Origin: Cyanobacteria bacterium P01_F01_bin.150
GTDB taxonomy: Bacteria > Cyanobacteriota > Cyanobacteriia > CAKZMO01
Direction of reading: 5' to 3'
NCBI GenBank assembly: GCA_039189765.1
Contig: JBCCYL010000006.1
Span: 32,001-96,000, forward strand
Length of the DNA stretch: 64,000 nt
The translations under genes were made by a program, and so were the position numbers. Below, piece by piece: positions 26,890-34,793 of the stretch; position 1 is the stretch's first letter, and every line of letters begins with the position of its first letter. The notes under the pieces are model-generated. The model was not told where the DNA came from and did not search any database. It saw nothing but the letters and a program-made list of their open reading frames with translations.

Positions 26890-29800
26890 TTAGACAATGT
26901 CCGCACTGGTAATCAAACTTGCGTCCACATCTTCAAGGATTGCTAGCAAATCGTTGCCAGCGCTGATAAAGGTGCCTCGGTTACGTTGGATAATCGATAA
27001 ATCGGCAAAGCCTAGACCATTGGCAAGGCTGAGGCGATCGCTTCCATCCGTAAAGTCCGTAATAATATCGCGGCCACCGCCCGTGGAAAGAACAAACACG
27101 TCCTGACCCCGACCGCCAGTGATTTGATCGCTACCGTTACCTCCGTCAATCGTGTCGCGACCGCCGCCACCGTTAATCGTATCGCGGCCACCATTACCGT
27201 TAAGGGTGTCACGGCCACCGTTACCGTTGAGCGTATCGCGACCGGCACCGCCACTAAAGGTATCGGCACCGCCATTCCCAGTCAAAACGTCCTGGCCCTG
27301 GTTCCCCACCAAGATATCCTGGCCACCGCCACCCGTTAGGGCATCAGCACCGCTACCACCGGTGAGCTGATCATTGCCGCTGCCACCGCGTAGAACATCT
27401 TCGCCATCGTCACCGAACAGACTATCCGTGCCCGTACCCCCTAGCAGGGTATCGTTGCCACTGCCGCCTTCAAGGGTATCATCGCCAGCGCCTCCATTGA
27501 GGCGATCGCTCCCCCCCACAACCTGGGTGATATCGATTTGAAACAAGAGCTGATCTGGATTAGCCGTAAAGTCGCCGATGGTGGGGTCCACCACCGTACC
27601 CGCTGCCGTTGTCCCACCTAGAACATTGACGGGTGTGGCGTCAGGATTACCCACCGAGCCATTAAAGCCGGGATGGGTGGCCACTACGCCATTTTCATCG
27701 GTGCCCGTATCCCGAGCCGTTTGGTTGAGAAAGGCCGCATCTAATTCATTGTTGACCTCGGTACCTGCATCCAAGACATCACTGCCAAAGCGCTGAATCG
27801 TCAGGGGTGTAAAATTACCGTTTTCATCAAAGATGGGATCGGCCAAGGGATTATCCGGTACGGACAGAAAGGCATCATTTGATGGAATCACCATGGTAGC
27901 CCAGGTAAAGAAGCCGCGACCCACCTGACTTGGATCAACGTTTAGGGTAAAGCTAGTGGACTCGCCGGGGTCAATGGGACCAGGAGCACCGGACCCGCCG
28001 ATTACGGTAGCATCAATGCCATTGCCGTTGACCTGGGCATTAAATTCTGCGGCAATCCCTTCCACGGAGCCATCTTCCGCCAATCGCTCCAGCCCCTGGC
28101 TAGCGGCTTGGCCTGCGGTAAATAAATCGAAGGCCGCACCATCGTGGAAGCCAAACCAGACCGGCGTAAAGAAGGTGCCCCCGGCGGCTTGGGCATTGGT
28201 AATGGTCACCACCACCGCTTCACCGTCTCCCACTGCGTCTCCGCGCAGGATATCATTGCCTGCACCACCGGACAGCGTATCGTTGCCTGCACCGCCAGCA
28301 ATTAAGTTATCGCCATTATCTCCTTCCAAAGAATCATCATTTTCAGACCCGGTGAGGTTTTCAATATTGGTCAGCTGGTCTTGGACATTGGCTCCGCTGG
28401 GAGCAACATAGGCCGCAGTGCCGGTGGCCAAGCTTGCGATGACCCCTGCGGTGGCGGGATTAGTCGCCCCAGCATTGATATCGGAGAAATCCGCCGTATC
28501 AATTCCTTCTCCACCATCGTTAATATCGGCACCACCGCCCCCCCGCAGGGTATCGTTGCCGAGTCCACCCCTAAGGGTGTCACCGCCGCCGCGACCGACC
28601 AGTAGATCATCACCATCGGCACCGTCTAGCTCATTGGCATTACCATCGCCAAAAAGCTGGTCATTATTGGCAGACCCAAGTAAATTTTCAAAGTTGGAGA
28701 AATTTTCAAAGACGGTGGTGGTGGCATTGGGCTGATAGGAGGCACTGCCAGAGCCTAAATCCGCCACCACGGGGGCACCAATATTTTGAAAGCTATTGGT
28801 GTCAAGGCCCTCACCACCATCCAGAGTATCACTGCCCCCAGCTCCGGCAATTACGTCATTGCCCGCCCCGCCGTTAATCACGTTTGCTGCGGCTCCGGAA
28901 GCAATAATGGTGTCATCATTCACTGAACCGGTAATATTTTCAATCCCGGTAAAGCTCTCCGAAACGGTAGGATTCCCGGCAATACCCCCGGCCAGATATT
29001 CCGCCGTTCCGGTACCATCGGCGTTTAGGGTAACCGTCACCCCGGCAATGCTGGCATCCGCCGCACTGGCATTAATGGTGGCAAAGCTATTGGTATCGCT
29101 GCCTTCGCCGCCGTCAATAATGTCTGTGCCGCCGCTGCCCGTGAGGATATCGTCGCCCGCACCTCCGCTTAGGGTGTTCGCTGCTGCTCCAGTGGCGGTA
29201 ATGATGTCCGCATCATTGGAGCCAATAATATTTTCAATCGAGATCAGGGTATCGGTTTCAACCACTTCCACAAAGACATTGCCATCTCCGGTGTCTGCGC
29301 TTGAAGTAAGAGCCAAGCCATTAACATCACCGCCTGCATCCTGAACCACATCCAAAATCACTGGACCGTTAGTGCCTGCGGGGGCGTTGTGTAAATGAAT
29401 GGAACTCACCCCAGCCACGGGCAGCAGATCGGAGGTAGCGAGTCCAGAAATACTTAGGTTTGAGCTATAGGTCACGGTACCGTCTGCGGCCACAACCAGA
29501 GTCACTTCACCTGTGCCTGTAGCGGTGGAGTCAGAGGTGGGACCGGGTTCTTGGGCTGCATCGAGGGTGGCGGAGAGAACAATGGTGCGCACTCCGCTGC
29601 CGTCAGTAGTATCGCTAACGACGGTGCTTAACTGTCCCCGAATTTCACCGCCGTTAAAGTCGTTGGTGTGGACGTTAAAGTACAGGTTACCCGCTACGGC
29701 TTCCGTGACGATTTGAGCTGGGGTCTGGTCAGTGGTCAACGAGGCAACGGCTGCATCGGTGACGGTCAGGGAAAATCCCGTTTCACGGGTGGCAGTGCCG

Positions 29801-30003
29801 TTGCCATCGGCGTCAATGGTGACGGTGACCGGAACGTCGATATCGGAAAAGTCGGCGGTGTCGCTGCCGGGGCCGCCATCGAGGGTATCATTTCCTAACC
29901 CTCCGCTAAGGGTGTCGTTACCATCGAGGCCATTGAGGGTTTCGCTGGCTGCGGTGCCGTTAAGGGTTTCTGCGTTTGCGGTACCGTTTAGAATTTCGTC
30001 CAT
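26890..30003 (-). CDS. RTX calcium-binding secreted protein with CHRD-like and spondin_N-like domains
   Basis: Many GGxGxD repeats; CHRD motifs NLYFNVHT..F.GGEIRGQL and IHLHNAPAG.NGPV; spondin-like FTPVW.GFH, LERLAEDG and ATMVIPSNDAF; T1SS-type C-terminus (ITDF.DG.D). Confidence 0.9.
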   Translation of the reverse strand: MDEILNGTANAETLNGTAASETLNGLDGNDTLSGGLGNDTLDGGPGSDTADFSDIDVPVTVTIDADGNGTATRETGFSLTVTDAAVASLTTDQTPAQIVTEAVAGNLYFNVHTNDFNGGEIRGQLSTVVSDTTDGSGVRTIVLSATLDAAQEPGPTSDSTATGTGEVTLVVAADGTVTYSSNLSISGLATSDLLPVAGVSSIHLHNAPAGTNGPVILDVVQDAGGDVNGLALTSSADTGDGNVFVEVVETDTLISIENIIGSNDADIITATGAAANTLSGGAGDDILTGSGGTDIIDGGEGSDTNSFATINASAADASIAGVTVTLNADGTGTAEYLAGGIAGNPTVSESFTGIENITGSVNDDTIIASGAAANVINGGAGNDVIAGAGGSDTLDGGEGLDTNSFQNIGAPVVADLGSGSASYQPNATTTVFENFSNFENLLGSANNDQLFGDGNANELDGADGDDLLVGRGGGDTLRGGLGNDTLRGGGGADINDGGEGIDTADFSDINAGATNPATAGVIASLATGTAAYVAPSGANVQDQLTNIENLTGSENDDSLEGDNGDNLIAGGAGNDTLSGGAGNDILRGDAVGDGEAVVVTITNAQAAGGTFFTPVWFGFHDGAAFDLFTAGQAASQGLERLAEDGSVEGIAAEFNAQVNGNGIDATVIGGSGAPGPIDPGESTSFTLNVDPSQVGRGFFTWATMVIPSNDAFLSVPDNPLADPIFDENGNFTPLTIQRFGSDVLDAGTEVNNELDAAFLNQTARDTGTDENGVVATHPGFNGSVGNPDATPVNVLGGTTAAGTVVDPTIGDFTANPDQLLFQIDITQVVGGSDRLNGGAGDDTLEGGSGNDTLLGGTGTDSLFGDDGEDVLRGGSGNDQLTGGSGADALTGGGGQDILVGNQGQDVLTGNGGADTFSGGAGRDTLNGNGGRDTLNGNGGRDTINGGGGRDTIDGGNGSDQITGGRGQDVFVLSTGGGRDIITDFTDGSDRLSLANGLGFADLSIIQRNRGTFISAGNDLLAILEDVDASLITSADIV

Positions 30004-30068
30004 GATATGTCTCCAAGTTCAAATGTTGTGGGCAATAGGGCTATGACCTATGTGTGTTTGCAAGTTCC

Positions 30069-30149
30069 ATAGTGAAGGCCCTGGCTGAGAATGGAGGTGT
30101 ATAGCAAACGACAAAATCGTCGCGGTGCTCTCATGGAGTTCTAAGGTTG
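30069..30149 (-). promoter_or_regulatory. conserved promoter/operator element, copy 1
   Basis: First 45 nt match 40178-40222 at 40/45 positions. Minus strand reads TTCTCA-N11-CACTAT, 66 nt upstream of ATG 30003. Confidence 0.7.
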
Positions 30150-30161
30150 GCGGACAAAAAA

Positions 30162-30187
30162 TAGGGATGAGAAAGCGCCCATCCCTA
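30162..30187 (-). terminator. probable intrinsic terminator
   Basis: TAGGGATG...CATCCCTA stem followed by a T-run on the minus strand, downstream of the Thr-rich gene. Confidence 0.55.
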
Positions 30188-30307
30188 ATCGGAAATTACC
30201 CCAGGTTACTGAACATCAATCGATTACTAACGTGTTGTGTCGGCGATGCCGATACAACACGTTCAAAGTTAAAGAAACACGTCGTGTTTCTTAGAAGTTA
30301 CTAGTGA

Positions 30308-30454
30308 TTAGGGAATTGCGGGAAAATAACATACCAATTTGGCGTAGGATGGGCAAAACGAACGTGTGCCCATCAGCTCAACGTTTAGATGGTCACGTCC
30401 TATCGTCCTTTGCCCATCCTACGTCCGGTGTCTTATTTCTTTGCAAGTCCCTTA
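30308..30454. mobile_element. MITE/REPIN-like element with outer terminal inverted repeats and a GTAG palindromic core
   Basis: TTAGGGAATTGCGGGAAAATAA ... TTATTTCTTTGCAAGTCCCTTA flank the core GTAGGATGGGCAAA...TTTGCCCATCCTAC. Other copies occur in the window. Confidence 0.75.
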
Positions 30455-31213
30455 ATTCACTGTGTTAGTCGTTGTGTGCGATCGCCCACGCGGACCTCGG
30501 CGAGTGGTCGTTACTTCTCCCTCACTGGCGGTGGTTGTGGTGGTATGAGCGCGCCCACCAGGACCTCGGCGAGTAGTCGTTACCTCACCCTCACTGGCAG
30601 TAGTCGTAGTTGTATATTCATTGCCATTCGGATCGGTACGAGTAGTTGTTACCTCACCATCACTAGCAGTGGTCGTAGTGGTGACATCATTGCCATTGGG
30701 ATCGGTACGAGTGGTGGTTACCTGACCATCGCTTGCAGTGGTCGTGGTCGTATGGTCGTTGCCATTCGGATCGGTACGAGTAGTTGTTACCTCACCATCG
30801 CTAGCAGTGGTCGTAGTGGTGACATCATTGCCATTGGGATCGGTCCGAGTGGTGGTGACTTCACCATCACTGGCGGTGGTCGTCGTTGAGTGAGAACGGC
30901 CCCTGGGACCATTACGGGTAGTCGTTACCGCACCATCACTGGCGGTGGTCGTAGTGGTGACATCATTGCCATTCGGATCGGTACGAGTGGTAGTTACTTC
31001 ACCCTCACTGGCGGTGGTCGTCGTTGAGTGAGAACGGCCCCTGGGACCGTTACGGGTAGTTGTTACTTCACCATCGTTGACAGTGGTAGTGGTTGCGTGA
31101 GAACGTCCGTTGGGACCGTTACGGGTGGTGGTGAGTTGTGCGGAGGCGGGGCCACCTGTACTGAGAATGGCCAATCCAAGGGCGCAGGAAAGACTAAGAA
31201 TTGATTTACGCAT
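30452..31213 (-). CDS. secreted Thr-rich protein with ten 23-aa repeats
   Basis: AAGGAA upstream of ATG 31213. Signal peptide MRKSILSLSCALGLAILSTGGPASA, then repeats TTTR(N/T/R)(G/D)PxGxxxTTTTTAS(D/E)GEV. Confidence 0.85.
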   Translation of the reverse strand: MRKSILSLSCALGLAILSTGGPASAQLTTTRNGPNGRSHATTTTVNDGEVTTTRNGPRGRSHSTTTTASEGEVTTTRTDPNGNDVTTTTTASDGAVTTTRNGPRGRSHSTTTTASDGEVTTTRTDPNGNDVTTTTTASDGEVTTTRTDPNGNDHTTTTTASDGQVTTTRTDPNGNDVTTTTTASDGEVTTTRTDPNGNEYTTTTTASEGEVTTTRRGPGGRAHTTTTTASEGEVTTTRRGPRGRSHTTTNTVN

Positions 31214-31373
31214 TATGCATTCCTTGTTCGTTGTATGTGTGACTAAAGGATAAAAACTTAGATGCCCCTTTTGGTTGATGTCTATACGATAGGGGCTATG
31301 TTGGCGATCGCAGTAGAGGACAATGTCCTGACCTTGGGGGACTTTAGTCCCAGGATTTCTGGCTCGTTTTTTG

Positions 31374-31424
31374 CCGTAGCGATTGAAATTGCGGCTAGGC
31401 GAACGAAGTCCACCTGCATGGACT
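31374..31424. repeat. 51-bp dispersed repeat, copy 1
   Basis: CCGTAGCGATTGAAATTGCGGCTAGGCGAACGAAGTCCACCTGCATGGACT, 47/51 identical to 33238-33288. Confidence 0.85.
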
Positions 31425-31604
31425 AGCAGATGGTGAATTGTCACACACCTTACGAAAAGATGCCTACTTCATGTTGAATGATACAGTAGGTCTATATTCG
31501 TTACTCCAACAATCAAGAATGGTTACCCAGAAACTAATCCATATGAAACTGAATAAAATTCCAAACGATGTCACCGAATTTTAAGTGTGGACAGGCCATT
31601 GTGA

Positions 31605-31949
31605 ATGTCTAACGAGTCATCCGTCGATCCTAAATTTCAAGAACAGTTTCAACGCTACACTGAAACTGAGCGAGCTGAGATTCAGCAATATCTTTTAGAA
31701 TGGGATGCGGGTACCTATGAGAGTGTGACACAAAGTGTTACCGATCATGCCCAGAGGAAAGGGTTTGACGTTCTCAAGTATTTACGTAAAGCTCATAATT
31801 TTTCCAAGAGGGGAGCTAGAAGGATCCCTAAATCAGGATATCGATCAGATGTGTCTGCGGTTTATCGAAAAGGCAACGAATTTTTGATTGTACGGATTGA
31901 TCAGAGCGGCGTTGAGAAAATTGTGACCTATGGAGTAAATGAGGGATAG
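31605..31949 (+). CDS. hypothetical protein, toxin-like RNase candidate
   Basis: 114 aa with a basic C-terminal region containing SV.DHA.RKG, YLRKA.NF, Y.KG and KIVTYG. Confidence 0.7.
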   Translation: MSNESSVDPKFQEQFQRYTETERAEIQQYLLEWDAGTYESVTQSVTDHAQRKGFDVLKYLRKAHNFSKRGARRIPKSGYRSDVSAVYRKGNEFLIVRIDQSGVEKIVTYGVNEG

Positions 31950-31954
31950 TCAAA

Positions 31955-32365
31955 ATGGCACAATCAGGATATTTGGCTCTTCAACGAGATTACATTACTC
32001 AACTCTTTCAAGAGCTAACGACTGCTTACGCTGATTTGAAAACTGAGATATCACATATTGCTTCTCACTATCCAGCGCCAGAGGATGAGTTTTCGTTTTT
32101 GGAAGAACTTGAACTTGTAGTGATGAGCATCTGTGGATATGTAAAACAGGTTCAATCTTCCATGACGGTCAAACGGTTGGATGATGCGATCGCCCACCTC
32201 CAATCCTTACAAGTGTTTGCCATTCCTGTCATCGCCCAATTTTACCGAACGGAGAGCGATCGCTACCCCAAAATGAAGCGCTATCTGCAACTGTTAGACT
32301 ACTTACGGCTGCTGACATTAGAGTATTTGCAAGCCCCAAAAGCGGAGCAACCCATCCCTGCATAG
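31955..32365 (+). CDS. hypothetical helical protein, possible partner/immunity protein
   Basis: 136-aa ORF starting 5 nt after the previous stop, preceded by GAGGG. Confidence 0.7.
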   Translation: MAQSGYLALQRDYITQLFQELTTAYADLKTEISHIASHYPAPEDEFSFLEELELVVMSICGYVKQVQSSMTVKRLDDAIAHLQSLQVFAIPVIAQFYRTESDRYPKMKRYLQLLDYLRLLTLEYLQAPKAEQPIPA

Positions 32366-32517
32366 GGTACCGACTAGTTATGATGTGGAGTCTTTCCAGA
32401 AGGCTATTTCGTCTGATTCCATCGAAAAATTGAAGTAGATTGCGTAGGGTGCCATATAGCCTATCGGCATTCAAGAACAGCGACAGCGTAATGCACCGTT
32501 TTAGAGTTGTCACGCTA

Positions 32518-32862
32518 CTAGAGCAATAGGCTGAGAGCGATATTAAAACGTTTGGCAAGGGTTTGAATCTGCTGAACGGTTAGAGGTTGAGAGCCTTTTA
32601 GAACAGCAGTTGCTTCATTTTCTGTCTCAAACGGGGGAACCAAATCTTGAGGCTGTAGGTTCTCTTCTGCCATAAGAGCATTTAGCAATTCAATACCCGT
32701 CAGCAGGTAGGACGGTTCGTGCTTTTGTTCATAGTCGTACACCAACATGCCCAACACATTTAAGAAGTCTCGATCATCCTGAGACGGGGTTGTTTTATCC
32801 AATATTTGATCAATTTGTTTTTGGGTTATGTCCAGCTCCGTTTCTGATGTAATGTGCGTCAA
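32518..32862 (-). CDS. HigA-like HTH antitoxin, possibly N-terminally truncated
   Basis: I.SE.EL.....ID..LD...L.VLG.LV.DYEQ, ELL..LM.E..L.P.DL, VL.G...LT..QIQ.LA..F. Only a TTG start is available (32862). Confidence 0.7.
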   Translation of the reverse strand: MTHITSETELDITQKQIDQILDKTTPSQDDRDFLNVLGMLVYDYEQKHEPSYLLTGIELLNALMAEENLQPQDLVPPFETENEATAVLKGSQPLTVQQIQTLAKRFNIALSLLL

Positions 32863-32863
32863 G

Positions 32864-33085
32864 TTATTTATCCCCCAACCAAAAGCTGTCAGGCAAAGGC
32901 TTATCGAAGTCCTTTGCCATAATGCATTGGCCAGAATTAAGTCCTGGCGATCGCACCTTCTCAATTGCTAAAACTCCAGAGGGCTGAGCCTGTAGCTCGG
33001 TCCCTTGCAGAAGTTGGGTAGCAAGATAGATTTGATCTTTGACCGTTAATTTCTTCGCTTCCGATAACAGTTCTTGTAGGGTCAT
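32864..33085 (-). CDS. small VapB/DUF2281-like antitoxin
   Basis: 73 aa ending RSPGL..G...MAKDFDKPLPDSFWLG, a C-terminus typical of cyanobacterial PIN-toxin partners. Confidence 0.7.
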   Translation of the reverse strand: MTLQELLSEAKKLTVKDQIYLATQLLQGTELQAQPSGVLAIEKVRSPGLNSGQCIMAKDFDKPLPDSFWLGDK

Positions 33086-33237
33086 TGCCTCAACCGTAAA
33101 CGTCTCTGATTCTATTTTATGCGAACCGGAAGGGACAGACGGACTAATGTTATTGCTGCTGGGCCTCTACTGATGAGCTTTTGGGGAGGTCGATCGCGAT
33201 ATTAGGCAGGGAGGGCGATCGCGCTGGCTGTTTTGTT

Positions 33238-33288
33238 CCGTGGCGATTGAAATCGCGGCTAGGCGAACGAAGTCCACATGCGTGGACT
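33238..33288. repeat. 51-bp dispersed repeat, copy 2
   Basis: Direct repeat of 31374-31424 with 4 mismatches. Confidence 0.85.
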
Positions 33289-33316
33289 GGAGAGTCCGTC
33301 AGGCACTTCTTGGTGG

Positions 33317-33352
33317 CCAGATCCCAGGGTTCTTAAAGAACCCTGGGATCTA
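33317..33352. repeat. 36-bp palindromic element, intergenic copy
   Basis: Identical to 13034-13069. Lies just downstream of the 33377-33631 gene. Confidence 0.9.
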
Positions 33353-33376
33353 CGTCCGCTGGAATCTACGTCCGGT

Positions 33377-33631
33377 TTAATTGACCTGTACTTTTTTGGT
33401 TAAAACCACCATAACTTCAGAGGGCCGTCCGGTGGGGATGGGTTTACTCCATTCGTGGGGTTCGGCATAGTTTAGCTTGTACAGACACTTAATCACCGCC
33501 TGCACCGTGTCGGGGCGACCATACAGGTGATGGCGCACCAATTCATACTGGGGCGATCGGGATGCATCATCTGAAGAATAGGCACCACCATCATTGGACA
33601 CAAACGCGTCCGAGTTAGAAACTTGAAACAT
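33377..33631 (-). CDS. small conserved-looking cyanobacterial hypothetical protein
   Basis: 84 aa, AGGAA upstream of the ATG, motif LYG.P..V...I..L..LNYAEP.EWSKP.P...P.EVM..L.K. Confidence 0.75.
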   Translation of the reverse strand: MFQVSNSDAFVSNDGGAYSSDDASRSPQYELVRHHLYGRPDTVQAVIKCLYKLNYAEPHEWSKPIPTGRPSEVMVVLTKKVQVN

Positions 33632-33739
33632 TTGTTCTGATTTCCTGAATAGGGTTTGGATAGGAAACCAGAACCCAATAGGTGATTAGCCGTCCCCGAA
33701 CCTCTGGTGCAAATCGGGAGACTAGGGCATAATCAACCC

Positions 33740-33828
33740 AAGTCCTTAGACTGGCATTCGCAGTTTTTAGGGATTAGCCGTCGGTTAGGTGCTAGGCACA
33801 CCTACCGATGGCGCTAAATGCTTATTGA
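33740..33828 (+). ncRNA. candidate structured small (antisense-type) RNA
   Basis: CATAAT at 33728-33733. Two hairpins (33743-33773, 33777-33812) whose G-U pairs work only on the + strand, and a short closing stem AAGT/GCTT. Contains GATTAGCCGTC, which is repeated at 33684-33694. Confidence 0.5.
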
Positions 33829-33937
33829 GTTCTGCTCCGGGGTGGTGATAGCGAAACGCGATCGCCACCCTTATCAATGACCATAAGCCGACTGCGGTTC
33901 TTTCGTCAAGCAGAGGGCCGTTGGGAGTAGGGCAAGT

Positions 33938-33965
33938 GATTTTGGATTTTAGATTTTGGATTTTG
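33938..33965. repeat. STRR-type heptamer tandem repeat
   Basis: GATTTTG GATTTTA GATTTTG GATTTTG. Confidence 0.8.
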
Positions 33966-34025
33966 GAGAGCACCAGGGCTGATAGTCACCGCAAATGTCC
34001 AGCAGGCCATTTCGCCAATGACTCG

Positions 34026-34056
34026 TTCCCCTCCTGGGAGGGGCTAGGGGTGGGTT
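34026..34056. repeat. single arm of the G-rich repeat family
   Basis: TTCCCCTCCTGGGAGGGGCTAGGGGTGGGTT, similar to the units at 16888-17005. Confidence 0.75.
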
Positions 34057-34133
34057 TACCCCTACCTTTGCTTACAAATCCTCCCATAATGGGCAAATTA
34101 TCTACAGATAGTAAAGCGTCACCCAAACCAACC

Positions 34134-34748
34134 ATGCCCTCCCCAAAAATTAATCAATCACCCAGAGTCAGTACTCCATTCCTGATATTTTTATTCGGGG
34201 GAAGTGCCGTCATACTATGGCTTACACTGCCCATATGGGTACGACCCAGGCCCAGCTGGTTACACTATCGAGAGGCTTTAACATTGGTCGCAACCATAAA
34301 TCGAGCACAAGAATATTACTATCGTGAACAAGGCAAATTTGCCCCAGATATCGATAGTTTGGAGCTAGGCATCACCAGCAAAATTAAGCACTATCGCTAT
34401 CACACCGAAATCCTAAGCGAGACCGCCGTTCAAAACAGAGGAATTTCAGATGAAACCCACACCAGCCGCTTCTGGCCTATCAAAAAGTTTTTTCATAATT
34501 CCTTGGGCCTAGGAGACTATGTAGACCTTCCCCTCTACAGCCACACCGGGCTGGTCAGAATCGTAGAAGATGAAAACGGCGAAACAATAGTCCAGACAGC
34601 CCTATGTACAAGCATTAAGCCCACCAGTGAGACCCCGCCCACCTTCTTATTGCCAGATGCAGCCATAGAACCAGAGACAGAGACAGACCCGAGCAACATC
34701 GACAACGACATCGACATTCCCTGTCCAGACGGATATAAGCCACATTAG
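34134..34748 (+). CDS. type IV pilin-like G/H family protein
   Basis: One TM helix, then EA...V..INRAQ..YY.E.G.FA.....L.LGI....HY.Y, and two C-terminal Cys. Start is ATG 34089 or 34134. Confidence 0.8.
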   Translation: MPSPKINQSPRVSTPFLIFLFGGSAVILWLTLPIWVRPRPSWLHYREALTLVATINRAQEYYYREQGKFAPDIDSLELGITSKIKHYRYHTEILSETAVQNRGISDETHTSRFWPIKKFFHNSLGLGDYVDLPLYSHTGLVRIVEDENGETIVQTALCTSIKPTSETPPTFLLPDAAIEPETETDPSNIDNDIDIPCPDGYKPH

Positions 34749-34793
34749 CTACCATGGTAGGCTAGCACCCATATCTTTACAGGTGGATCAACT

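Noticed and set aside
26897..30046. Many antisense ORFs over the RTX genes (also 37867-40026 and 30389-30889)
   Set aside because: Shadow frames produced by Gly/Thr/Asp-rich repetitive codons.
31214..31444. N-terminal extension of the Thr-rich ORF
   Set aside because: Runs through a dispersed repeat; the signal peptide and RBS point to ATG 31213.
33785..34088. ORF 33785-33973 (-) and the 5' extension of the pilin-like ORF
   Set aside because: Peptides such as SKIQNLKSKI, ILDFRFWIL and FPSWEGLGVG are translations of the heptamer and G-rich repeats.
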